Shown piece after piece: positions 52,115-64,000 of a stretch of 64,000 nt of DNA (the stretch's first letter is position 1; every line of letters starts with the position of its first letter). Source of the DNA: Eledone cirrhosa (taxonomy: Eukaryota); NCBI GenBank assembly GCA_964016885.1, contig OZ024741.1, forward strand, positions 48,732,001 through 48,796,000. Reading direction: 5' to 3'. Made by a program: the position numbers and the translations under genes. Below the pieces are notes generated by a model. It did no database searches. It saw only the letters and a program-made list of their open reading frames with translations, and was not told the origin of the DNA.

Positions 52115-55089
52115 GGTTGGATACATATGTTCATGCATATACACAGATTTTAGTCATATTTATCGATAGTTTTTTTCTATCATCCCATTGTTGCTTTGTT
52201 GCTTTGTACTCAGATTCAGCTTTTATTCCGAACCGAAATTTCCTTGACTATGAATCCATGAAACTTATTTTTTTTCGTCTTTTCACCCCTTTAATAGAGC
52301 ACAAAACCCGAAGGCGGGGATTCCTCTGCCAGTGACCCAGAGTATATTCGATTGAAAGTAGTTGGTCAGGTAAGAAAGTTAAGAATCTGCCTTTTTCCCC
52401 CTTGATAATATTTACCCTCGTGTGAGTGTGTGTTGTGTGTTATTCTCTAGGGAGTCTTGTGTACTAATAAAATCATAACCATCCGACTAAGAAATGAGGG
52501 TTCATTTTACAATTGTCTTCTCTCGCTGATAAATCCCTCACTTTACGTCCACATGGTCGACTGGCTAGCCCAAGATGTTTATAAACTAGCCTTTTTCTTA
52601 TTCCTATAATTTCTCATTTATAATCAGAATTGTATTTTTACTTGTAAAGTTGGCAAAAGTAAAAATATACGTAATTGTTTCTCCTTATTCTTTTCTGTAT
52701 TTATTTCACGTTTTTATATTTTAACATTTGTCTATCCTGTTAATATTCCCGGTCGTCACTATATTACCACGCTTCCTTTTGTTGTAGCAATTATACATCC
52801 CACTTGTGTATGTGTATGGATATATATATATACACGAGTGGGATGTATAATAGCTACAATATATATATGTATATATACACACACACATAAATGAACGTGA
52901 AGTGTGTACGTAATAGTACTATTGAATAGATTTATATTTTAAACTATTATGTTAGTTTACGTACTTTAATCATAGAAATCAATCCAGCCCGATTTCTTCT
53001 CTTTTAATTACCGTGGCGAAAATAACTCACGGTTTGTTTTATACTGACCATTGGTCCCTTATTTCTCTAGGAAATTATATATTTAGAAAATAATATCTTT
53101 AATATTATGGGGAAGAAAAAAAAATGATGGGTACCAACCGGAAGGAGACTAAGTTAATCTATCAAACCAGCGAATCGATATAGTAATACGTATTTGTTAA
53201 GCAGAAAATGAGTTTCTATTTGAATTAGGGAGGGAAATAGCGGCAGATTGAGCACATTTCACTCAGTAAATAAAATAAGGATATATCTTATTCATGGGTA
53301 GAAGAGATATGAGGATTAAGTGTATTTATTGGCTCCTCTCAATTTCTACAAGTGCGTATGGTCATTAACGGTCGATTGAGTATTATATATAACGGGCAAT
53401 ACAGGTTGGCGACTGAGTATATATAGTCCATAAAACAAATGGATCGTTGTAGTATATAATGAATGAATGTAGTCACCAGAAGTTAAGAAATCTCTTAATT
53501 GATTTCTGAATTCATTAACACTATATATATGGGAACTTCTTCGTTAACGCTTGTAATGACCGTAAGGAAAGCATGAAGCTTTTAATATCCATCTCCCCCC
53601 CCAATGAAATTGATTTCCATGCATTTGTAATTAAAAATAAGCTACATAGTAATTACCGTTAGAAACTTATCAACCCATGCTGCAATTTTACAAATATTTA
53701 GATTAAAAATTCAAACATTTCTTAAGGTAATGGTTTCAGCCTGCCCTGATCGATATAGAAAGTACTTATTTTAAAATTAATTTTTCATGTTAAAAATATA
53801 TTTATTTTTTTCATATTTAATTGCTACATCAGTTTCTTTGTAACATCTTAATTCTCTGTTCTTCGTATTCTACTTTCTTTAACTCTTATCCGTTACTCTC
53901 TCTTCCTCTCATTATTTCACAATCCCATCTCACTTATTGTTTTCTACACGCGTCTTTCTTCTTTTTTTCCCCTACATAGTTTCTCTCTAAACTCACGTCT
54001 CGCTAGTTTTACCATTTAGTACCTCACTATATTTTTTTCACGGTGCTACTATCGTCTCTCCTCTTCAGTTAGTTAGTTAGTCCGTATATTTCAGTCTCTT
54101 TCCTCTCCTGACAGTCGCCTGGCCGATATCTCCGCCATCGCCATTACTACCACTCTAGCTACTAACAACGACAACGACGTAAATTCGTGAAGATGTCGGC
54201 ATTGTATCAGGTCGAAAATATTAAGCGTGCACCTGGCTTGTCTGCTCCCCCGGACGTGCTGCTTCTGTGGCGCCCCTTCACATTAATAACTTCCCATTCA
54301 GGACTTGTTCGATAAGCTCTAGTTTTTTTTTGTATCTGAATATATTCTTATTGTATTTACTTTGATTTATCTTGGTTATAGAGCCAGTTAATTGATCGCC
54401 TAAACCAACTTTTACTATTTTTGTTTCGGCTAGTTTGTTGATTTGACCTGTCAGCAAAGGTTGCTATTGAGTTTAACGTTTGTATTTTAAATTCTAGTAA
54501 CATTTTATGGAGGTTTCCGAAACGCACGAATGTTAAATTATAGTAGGATAGGAAATAGGACCTAATGAAAATTTTGTCTTCACTACTTTTGAATATTATA
54601 ACTTGGGAGTAGTAAATTGTGAGTTAGGTACACGGTACAACATTAAAACAATCTGGTACGACTTCATGATTACACCTAAACATACTTTTAATCAGCTTAT
54701 AAGCAGCGGGATTTACAAATAAAGTGTTTTTCGTAATTTGGGTAGTTAGCTGGTAGTGGAGTCAAATATAATTAATGCCGGCTCTCCTCGTCCGAGTCAA
54801 AGATCATCAAACTGCTATTTCTGGCAGTGCATAATGGTATTTATATGGTCCATTATCTTTCTTGGGTATTTCGCTTTAAGTATATAAAATGACAGACAAA
54901 TTAAACTGAAAAGAAAAACTCAACGAATGAATGAAAGTTGTAAATCTTATTACAGCCTTAGGGAAAATTCCTTTCTGGTCTATTCCAACTGCTATGTCTT
55001 GATCTAATTTATTGGTGTGCGGCAAGTGACTGCAAAGTCTCTTTGAATAGGTCGGCATCGGATAACTTATCAACTATAATGCACCATGT

Positions 55090-55590
55090 GTTTTTCTTCA
55101 CCACTGGCAGGTTCATGGGGGCAATCTTTAAGTGCACCTTCCAGTGGGTCCTGTCAGAAGCAACTCTCCAATTGATCCAGTTGGATCTCCCAAGTGAGAC
55201 CAACTGAGCTTATGGATGTTATCCAACCATCTTGCTTGTGGTCTACCCCTGGTTCTGCTGCTGCTGGTTGGTTTTGTCCGTAATATCAGTGCTGTGATCT
55301 CTCAATTCAGAGAAGTAACAGCTCTACCCTGATCTCTGAATTACGTACTCTATCGAGTAATGATACTGTGAAGACCCTTTCGGCCAATTGCATTCACGAT
55401 CGTATTCTTTCAGTCATTATTCAAAATATGTAAAGGTTGGCATGAATTGAAGATAGCTAGTTTGGCTTTTACACCAACCTCCCTTCTGATTACCGAATGC
55501 TGAAGCTGGTGCATTACTGCACCATCTCCTGCAATTCTAGCACTTAATTCAGCCTCCTGCTTTCCATCATTCATGAACATGGCCATCAGT
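55090..55590 (-). mobile_element. RTE LINE 3' fragment (same family as 23938-24500)
   Basis: Aligns by eye with 24000-24490 (e.g. GTATTCTTTCAGT.ATTA, AGTTTGGCTTTTACACC). Confidence 0.75.
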
Positions 55591-55610
55591 ATCTAATTGA
55601 TGCCTTTGAT

Positions 55611-55938
55611 GGAGGCACATGGCTTAGTGGTTAGAGCATTGGTCTTGCAATCGAAAGGTTGTGAGTTCGATTCTCAGACCGGGTGATGTTGTTTCCTTGA
55701 GCAAGACACTTTATTTCACATTGCTCCAGTTTACTCAGCTGTAGAAATGAGATGATAGGGACTGGGATCCATATCATTCCACTGCAAAGTGGTCGTGGAG
55801 GTGCCACGGCAAAAGCACCCAGCACTCACTGTAAATGAGGTTGGTGTTAGGAAGGGCATCCAGCTGTAGAAATCAAGCCAGAATCAGTTCCCGTCCCACC
55901 CTTGCAAGCAGGGAAAAGCGGGCGTAAAAATGATGATC
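55611..55938 (+). mobile_element. tRNA-derived SINE family B with RTE-type tail
   Basis: TGGCTTAGTGG box A, GAGTTCGATTC box B, CCTTGAGCAAGACACTT central motif, AGGAAGGGCATCCAGC..GCGTAAAAATGATGAT tail. Confidence 0.85.
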
Positions 55939-56206
55939 ACCTTTGATAAACTGGGGACCTCATCTCTCTTATATATAATTTCCAGATGTTGGGCAGGCGA
56001 TGTGTATCAGGATGAGAGTTTGGTGGGGGTCTGGTAAGCAAGTTCGACATCGACTAGGTGCATGAGATATATTTATACTAGCAAAGTATCTGTAAACAAT
56101 ATTTAAATTAATAATTCCTTGATTACAACATTCTATGTAAAGTTGTTTGCGCCCTCAATTTTGACTTTCTCCTTGTCACTCTGGCCAGTGCAGTATTTCA
56201 ATTAAA

Positions 56207-56384
56207 ATAATTTTCTACTTTTGGCACAAGGCCAGCAATTACCCAGTACATTACTGGTACTTTATTTTATCGACTCCGTAAGGATGAAAGGCAAAGTTAA
56301 CCTTGGCGGGATTTGAACTCAGACCGTAAAGGGACGTAACTATGCTAGATAGCATGGCGTCCAACCCTCTACCGATACTGCCAA
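56207..56384 (-). mobile_element. SINE family A
   Basis: Full reverse copy; TAAAATAAT TSD-like flanks. Confidence 0.9.
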
Positions 56385-57737
56385 TAAAATAATGTTCTTT
56401 AATCATTATCAAATATATATGCACTAAATTATAATGATGTATTTGTCTGTTTATCTACAGACTGTTGTTGAGATTTGGGTTTTGTTGTCTGTAGATAGAT
56501 ACATTGGTAAATATACATAACTATAGAATGACAGGTAGGTAGATAGATATACAGATATGTAGATAGATACATAGATAGGTGTATTTATTATCTGGAAATA
56601 GATGCATAGGTAGCTGCCTGTTTGACTCCTGACCATCTTGTCAACACTTGTGAGAGGGCAATTGTGGTAGAGAGGAAGATATCAAATTACCATCTCCCAA
56701 ACAAATTTAGCACAAAGAGGTTGTTATATGACTTTAGTACTTTATTATAAAAGATATCCAGGTGACTGAAGAGGCACTGGGAAAATTTGATATGTAGCCA
56801 TCCCAAAGCAAATGATTATAATAATAGTCAATCACTATAAATATTAATTAGAAAAATTAAATTACTCTTGGAGATGGAAAAAAAGTGGGGTACTTGATGT
56901 TTTTCAACTATTTCTAGTAATCACCTTAGAGCATTGGAATGACTACATTTCAAATATATATAATTTTGGTATATGTGGCAGCAAACAAATCCTAGGCTTT
57001 AAAAATGAAATATGTTCACTATTGTTGCCATTATTGACAGTATGGGTCCGCTTGTTAGTCCTAGTTTGTTGGGGTTATAAAAGCAAAAGGTTTAGAATGA
57101 AAAAGCAGGTACCATTCATTTTAGTTCCCTTTCAGTTTCATTTTTGTCTGCATTTTATGTACCTAAAGTGAAATAACACCATGAGCTGTCCTCTCTATGG
57201 CTGCAGTTTTCCATAGAGAGGAAACTATGAGAGGCATTAAAATGATGGACCAAGTCCCCTTTTTCATCTTTTCTCTCAGAATGATGGCTTTCTCAGCAAG
57301 CCATATGCTCTTATCTGAGCTTGGCTGGTCTTGCTTGGAGATCCAGCTCGATCAGTTGGAGACAGTTGTTTCTGACAGGACTCGCTGGAAGGAGTGTTTG
57401 AGGACTCTGCCTTCATGATCCTTTCAGGAATAAGTGATCGAAAAAGTGTTTGAAAATTAGCAGACTTGTTAGTGTTGGATAGTGTTTTACAGTATCTATT
57501 CCAACCCTCTGCTCTTTGAGTTCAAATCTCGCCTTTCATCTTTGAGGTTGATAAAGTACCAGTCTGGTATTGGAATCGCCCCCCCCCCCCCCCCTCTCCT
57601 CTATATATTTCGACATTCCTCTCTCTTTCACTTGAAAAAATCCACTCTATTAAGACCTAGAGAATGATAGGTTCTGACAGGTTTAAATACTATATATGTA
57701 TATATAACTCATGGATGGAGACATATATATATTCACA

Positions 57738-58000
57738 AAGGTGCATGGCTTAGTGGTTAGAGCATTGGGCTTGCAATCGTGAGGTTGTGAGTACAATTTT
57801 TGGACTCTGTGATTTGTTCTTGAACAAGACACTTTATTTCATGTTGCTTCAGTTTATGCAGTTGTAGAAATGAATTGCGACGTCACTAGTGCCAAGCTGT
57901 ATTGGCCATTGCCATTCTTTTGGACAACATCAGTGGTATGGAGAAAGGAGACTGGTATGCATTGGTGATTGCTGGTCTTTCACAAACAAGCTTGCCCAGG
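57738..58000 (+). mobile_element. SINE family B (diverged)
   Basis: TGGCTTAGTGGTTAGAGCATTGG head; TTGAACAAGACACTTTATTTCA. Confidence 0.8.
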
Positions 58001-58068
58001 GGAATTTTCTAGCTGCAAATCCCATGCTTATTCATGACTGAAGGGATTTTATATTTTATATATATATA

Positions 58069-58440
58069 GTGAAGAATAAGTATGCATAATGGGGTTTTAC
58101 AATAATACATTTTGAAATTTTCCATTACAAATGTTTTGATTGGTCTGACGACTATACCGTGTAGCAATCCAGCCTCTTCAGATGGTCTTCCAAACATTTT
58201 TATCTACCCCTGGTTCTCTGGAGAACCTGGGGTGGAGAGATAGCGGAACTGATAAAATTCAATTACTTCTCTCTCAATACCAGTTCCCTTATGTAATGGA
58301 AAATTTCTGAATAAATTGTTGTAAAAGCCCATTTTGCATATTTATTCTTCACCATAACCTTCACATGTGCCACCAGATGTAATCTGTGATTCTTCAGGAG
58401 GTTGAGTGCTTACTTTAGGATACTTCGAGATCTACCTTCA
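58069..58440. mobile_element. Old fold-back PLE-like insert in (TA)n (arms 58069-58129 / 58292-58352; tail to 58440) with a decayed HHR on the minus strand (58110-58195)
   Basis: Reverse complement CCAT-CTGAAGA-..-C(A)AAA-CATTTG-TA-ATGG; imperfect inverted repeat; TA tracts on both sides. Confidence 0.65.
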
Positions 58441-58502
58441 TATAATATAATATATATATATATATATATAGTCCCTCAGACACTAAAAGCCAATTGCTTT
58501 AA

Positions 58503-58713
58503 CCCTTTAGCATTTATATTACTCTACATTTACTATTGTATTTTCGTGGTAAAGGCTTTACCTTACATAATTATCTCACATAATATTGAATCTACGAGAT
58601 TTTGATGGTATTTATTTTGAGAACAATACCTCAACATCAGTATGAGTGGCCAGTTTCAACAGACAGAGGTGAGAGAATTCTGGCCAAATACAGCCGGTTT
58701 GAGTGCTAAAGGG
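58503..58713 (-). mobile_element. piggyBac-type MITE
   Basis: TTAA|CCCTTTAGCA ... TGCTAAAGGG|TTAA. Confidence 0.85.
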
Positions 58714-59289
58714 TTAAGCTGGCCATTTAAAAAAACTTCAAGTTTAGATGGCTGTTACTGAATAGCAACAATTGTTAAGCACCCCATCTTCTCTCTCTAA
58801 TCATGCAGTATGGCTTGGAAACTTGACAGAACACTTGAATTCAGTTATCCCCAGAGGCCTAATTTTCAGTGTATCAGGGGATTCAGTGTATCAAGCCTAG
58901 TTTTCAGTGGAAAAATGTAGTTTTTTTCTCCATTTTTGAACCATAATTGCTTATCACGAAGTTGAAACCATCATCATCATTCATCGTCATCGTTTAACAT
59001 CCATCTTCTATGCTTGCATGGGTTTGGAGCCATATAAAACATATTCCGAAAGTGCACTTGGAGGTGTGTTTAGAAAAATAGATATAAAGGATTTTAAACT
59101 GATGTTAGAATCTATTTGCGTCTCCTGAAAATAGCTTGAAATGGAAATTCTTACTTTTGGGGGTAATTCATTTGTGTGTCCAAGAAGCTGCTTAAGGGTT
59201 TCATTGGAACCATTCTCAAGCCACAATACATCCATTTGTACTGTACTATTTTTATCCTGAGTTGAAATCAGTGAACCACACATCATATA

Positions 59290-59740
59290 CATGTATTGGT
59301 GACCACAAGACTCATGACACTGCTGCTATGTATACTCTCTTAAAGAACTTGATCGATGAATTACTGAAACCCAACTTTCCTGTAAGAACCACAAAATCCT
59401 TACCAATTTGATCCTCCATAACAGTAACTTTGAGATAAAAGCAGAATGGCTTTTCTTTGCCACATCCCATGGCAAGAATGCCTGTGATGGTGTTGAAGGG
59501 ACCATCAAACACTTAGCGACAAAAAAAGCCTACAGTGACCAGTGTCAGGCCAAATTCTACCTCCAAAGCAGTTGTTTGAATTCGCAAGGAAAGGGATTGA
59601 TGGAATCACTGTTTTCTTTGTTGAGTTAAAGTCTGTCAACCAAATATCACAGTTTCTAGAGCTTCAATATTCAAACTAGTCACATTCAAAGGCACACGTA
59701 GAAATCACGTGTTCATCTCTTGTAGTAGCAATATAACCAT
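59290..59740 (+). pseudogene. DDE transposase fragment, probably Sola2-like
   Basis: FEIKAEWLFFATSHGKNACDGVEGTIKHLA motif; the superfamily assignment is from recollection of this motif. Confidence 0.6.
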
Positions 59741-59869
59741 GAGCCTTGTTTCTGGGCATTGCTCTTCTCTGCTGTTGTAAAACAATGCTAGCGTTATGTC
59801 AACATATTAGGATTAAATAGTGGATCTCACGATTAGAAAGCAATCTTCTTTTTGTCATTATTTTGTTAC

Positions 59870-60047
59870 GTATTGGTAGAGGGTCGGACGCCATGCTTTG
59901 CAGCATAGAGTTACGGTCCTTTATGGTACGAGTTCAAATCCTGCTGAGGTTAACTTTGCTTTTCATCCTTATGGGGTCGATAAAATAAAGCACCAGTAAT
60001 GCACTGGGATAATTCCTGGCCTTGTGCCAAAAGTATAAACAATTATT
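59870..60047 (+). mobile_element. SINE family A
   Basis: Box B, body and tail. Confidence 0.9.
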
Positions 60048-60159
60048 TTAACATTCTTAAGTGGAGGTTAATCATCGTTTAACGTCCATCTTCCATGCTT
60101 GCATGGGTTTGGACGGGAATTTTCCCACTTGAGGCAAGATTGGTTGTCTTGCTCGTATA

Positions 60160-60369
60160 CCTTTTAGCATTTAAACTGGCCATATCCGGCCAAAATTCTC
60201 TCACCTCTTTCTGTTCAAACTAACTGTAACTGGCTGCTCATACCTACTATAAGGTATTGTTCTCAAAATAAATAACATCAAAATCTCATAAATTCAATAT
60301 TATGTAAGATAAAGCCTTTACCATGAAAATACAATAGTATATATAGAGTAATGTAAATGGTATAAAGGC
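60160..60369 (+). mobile_element. piggyBac-type MITE (diverged ends)
   Basis: Body matches the other copies; right end AAAGGC|TTAA. Confidence 0.75.
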
Positions 60370-60715
60370 TTAAGGTACTGACCAAAATTGTAATACCAAA
60401 CATCTTGAAATCAGCCATAGTTCTATGATACAAAACTGCACATTTTAAGTGTCTATATTAAAACCTTCCATAATAATTCTATGTAAGAATTTATTAAGTA
60501 ATGCTCCACACAGCATTTTAAAAATGAATGTTATTTTACTAAATTCCTTCAAATTCCCGACTATTTTCAAACTTAACTGAAACACAGAAATGTGGTAATG
60601 AAAAGTTAAATCTTGTTCTAGTTAAAGATACATTATCTTGCCTCAGTCTGACTGGCTGAAAGGCAGTGCTTACATCTATTCTAGTGATTATGGTAGGAAG
60701 TTTTGCTGCAAAATT

Positions 60716-60905
60716 ACCGTATATACTCAAATATAAGCCAAAGAATATGTGACCAAAAAAATCTGGTAGAAGAGGGTCAGCTTATATTCGGGATCAATAT
60801 TTTAACAATTATCATAAACTTCAAATTCTACGTAAATAAGGTTTTGGTTTTCGCTCATTTCTCAGACATAGAGGGGTCAGCTTTTATTCGGATTCTCTTA
60901 TATAC
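60716..60905. mobile_element. Tc2/pogo-like MITE (related pieces at about 61987-62075 and 62610-62665)
   Basis: TACCGTATATACTCAAATATAAGCC terminus; internal GGTCAGCTTATATTCGG repeats. Confidence 0.6.
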
Positions 60906-60989
60906 AATGCCTGCATGCAAGTTCAAGTTTCAAAAATTTTCAAGGAAAAGAATTCAATCCAATATGATAAAACATAATGAGATATATTT

Positions 60990-61935
60990 AATTTTCCATG
61001 CTTGCATGAATTGCACAAGGCTTCTCCAGCCTCATTTATTGCAGCCCTTTTTCCTCTCCCTTGTGAAGTTTAGACTTTTAAGATCATTTCTCCCATGGCT
61101 TCCATGGTCTTCATCTTCCACAGATTTCTTCCCCTTTCATTGCTTGACACTTTACTCACCTGTCATCTACCATACACATTGCATGTACACGCCAGCCTCA
61201 ACTGCTCTGTTCTTTGCCACATTGGATACCTCTCATGTTTTATCTTTTTTGAAGCTCAGTTGCGTTGTCAGTTTTGTACACTTACATTACACATCCATCA
61301 GGGAATACTTGCTTCATTTATTTCTAACCTTTGCATGCACTCTACATTCAGTGACTGTTTTGCTACCATGCAACATTGCATTTTATACACAAGCGTCATA
61401 TACTGCTGGTTGTCAGCTCATGTAATAGCTTGAGAGACTTTTCCCATGCATTTAAAACATTCTGGTTATGCTTTTCGAGCACCAACTGCTAATTAAGTCA
61501 CCTAGGTAACAGAAGCTATTAACTACTTGCAGGAAGTCTTTTGTACATTTGAAAAAAGTTAATTTATAATGGCTCTTACTACTATTTTTGTGCATCAGGT
61601 ATATCTGAAGTCTAGTTTCTCTGTTAGCCTGACTGATCAAACCATAGTTCTTGTGCACCCATAGTTTACATTTGCTATGTAGTACAGAGTTTCTACTTAG
61701 TCATTGGCATACACAAGTTTTCTTTAATAGCTGGTCTTAAACTCTTCTATTATGACTTGGAGAACTATAATAAATAGGAAGAGACTGAAAACTGATCCCC
61801 AATGCACACCTACATTGATGTGGAACTGTATACACTTTGCTTACTGGTTGCATCTTTATATGACTTTCAAGGTTTGCACAAGCCATTCATCTACACCTAG
61901 TTTTTTTTTTTTTAGCTATCACTAGACTACAGAAT
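60990..61935 (-). mobile_element. Decayed RTE LINE fragment
   Basis: VVNSFCYLGDLIS motif; TTTTCCATGCTTGCATG RTE-type 3' end. Confidence 0.65.
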
Positions 61936-62809
61936 GAGATATATACAGAGTTAATGAATACAATATTGGTTTATTCTTAGCAAATTACTGTATGTGACCA
62001 AAAAATCAAAGGTAGAAGGGGAGATATTTTGACGATTTTCATCATCTTCAAATTCTACATAAATAAGGAGCTAAAATATCTGGAGTGGTTATTCTACAAT
62101 GAAACGATTTTTTTCTACATTTACTACATCATTGTTGGTGTTATTTATGCATTATCTTGAAAATATTTCCAACAATTCTTTATAATTTGAACTTTTTAAT
62201 ACATAAATATCCCATGCACACACAATACTTTTTCTTTCAATCTTCTGATTATTTTTTTTATTTCTCTCGCTCGCACTCACCCTCTCTTTTTCTTGGTTTA
62301 TTTCCCCTCACTCGTTCTTTCTCCCTCTTCTACCCTACGAATCCCTATACAAAGTTCTCTTATTTAATCTCTTGCTTTCAATTACTCCCAGCATGTGAGT
62401 GACCAGAAGTAAACAAAAATGCGAGAAACTTGTTGAAACTATAAAATGGTTAAAAAATCATTATTTAATGGAGTTGTGAAACAAACTATGCTCTAAATGA
62501 CACATTTTAAACATCAAAATATTAAAACTTCATAAATATATTCTCCACTCATGCAAATTTCAAAGCCATAATGTGCTAATTAGCTGCTTCGCTTATAAAC
62601 AGAGTTTAGATTGTTGCCCGTTTCTCAGACATAAAATAGAGAGGTTGGCTTATATTTGAGTATATATATGTATATGTATAATATATATGTATATATATGT
62701 AGATAAATCTACCAAGAGTTTACGGTAGTGTCCAATCCGTATGAAGAACTCAATGTAATCCGGATATCATGGAAAGAAGAGATGCATTCAAAAATCACTT
62801 ATTTTTTAA

Positions 62810-64000
<1,191 letters not shown>

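Noticed and set aside
55611-55685. tRNA gene
   Set aside because: Acceptor stem is not intact and the sequence continues into a SINE body; a second diverged copy is at 57738.
60703-61433. 240-aa ORF
   Set aside because: Spans a MITE and an antisense RTE fragment; no domain signature.

Overview
AT-rich eukaryotic genomic DNA made almost entirely of repeats. The repeat repertoire looks like an octopus or other coleoid cephalopod, which is my inference from recalled SINE/RTE/Tx1 motifs and is not verified. No intact host protein-coding gene is evident. Contents in order: a 7.2-kb 24-bp satellite with a 1416-bp higher-order repeat; a chimeric, frameshifted hAT transposon (8491-12635) inserted in a TTAA MITE; two degenerate L1/Tx1-clade LINEs (18110-23887 and 32981-38579, both minus strand), each sitting in a microsatellite; many tRNA-derived SINEs, RTE and CR1 fragments, non-autonomous Helitrons, and mariner- and piggyBac-type MITEs; a repeat-poor, possibly promoter-like stretch (about 51.2-54.9 kb); and a terminal (TA)n array. 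The most striking signal is not visible in the ORF track: about 15 Type I hammerhead-ribozyme (HHR) motifs from roughly 11 sequence families. Most lie in short Penelope-like (PLE) 3' ends inserted into (TA)n. At least six PLE-type inserts share one asymmetric fold-back architecture. One has a 422-nt retrozyme-like tandem unit, and some HHRs have branched stem II inserts or variant cores. All alignments and folds were done by eye, so most boundaries are approximate.
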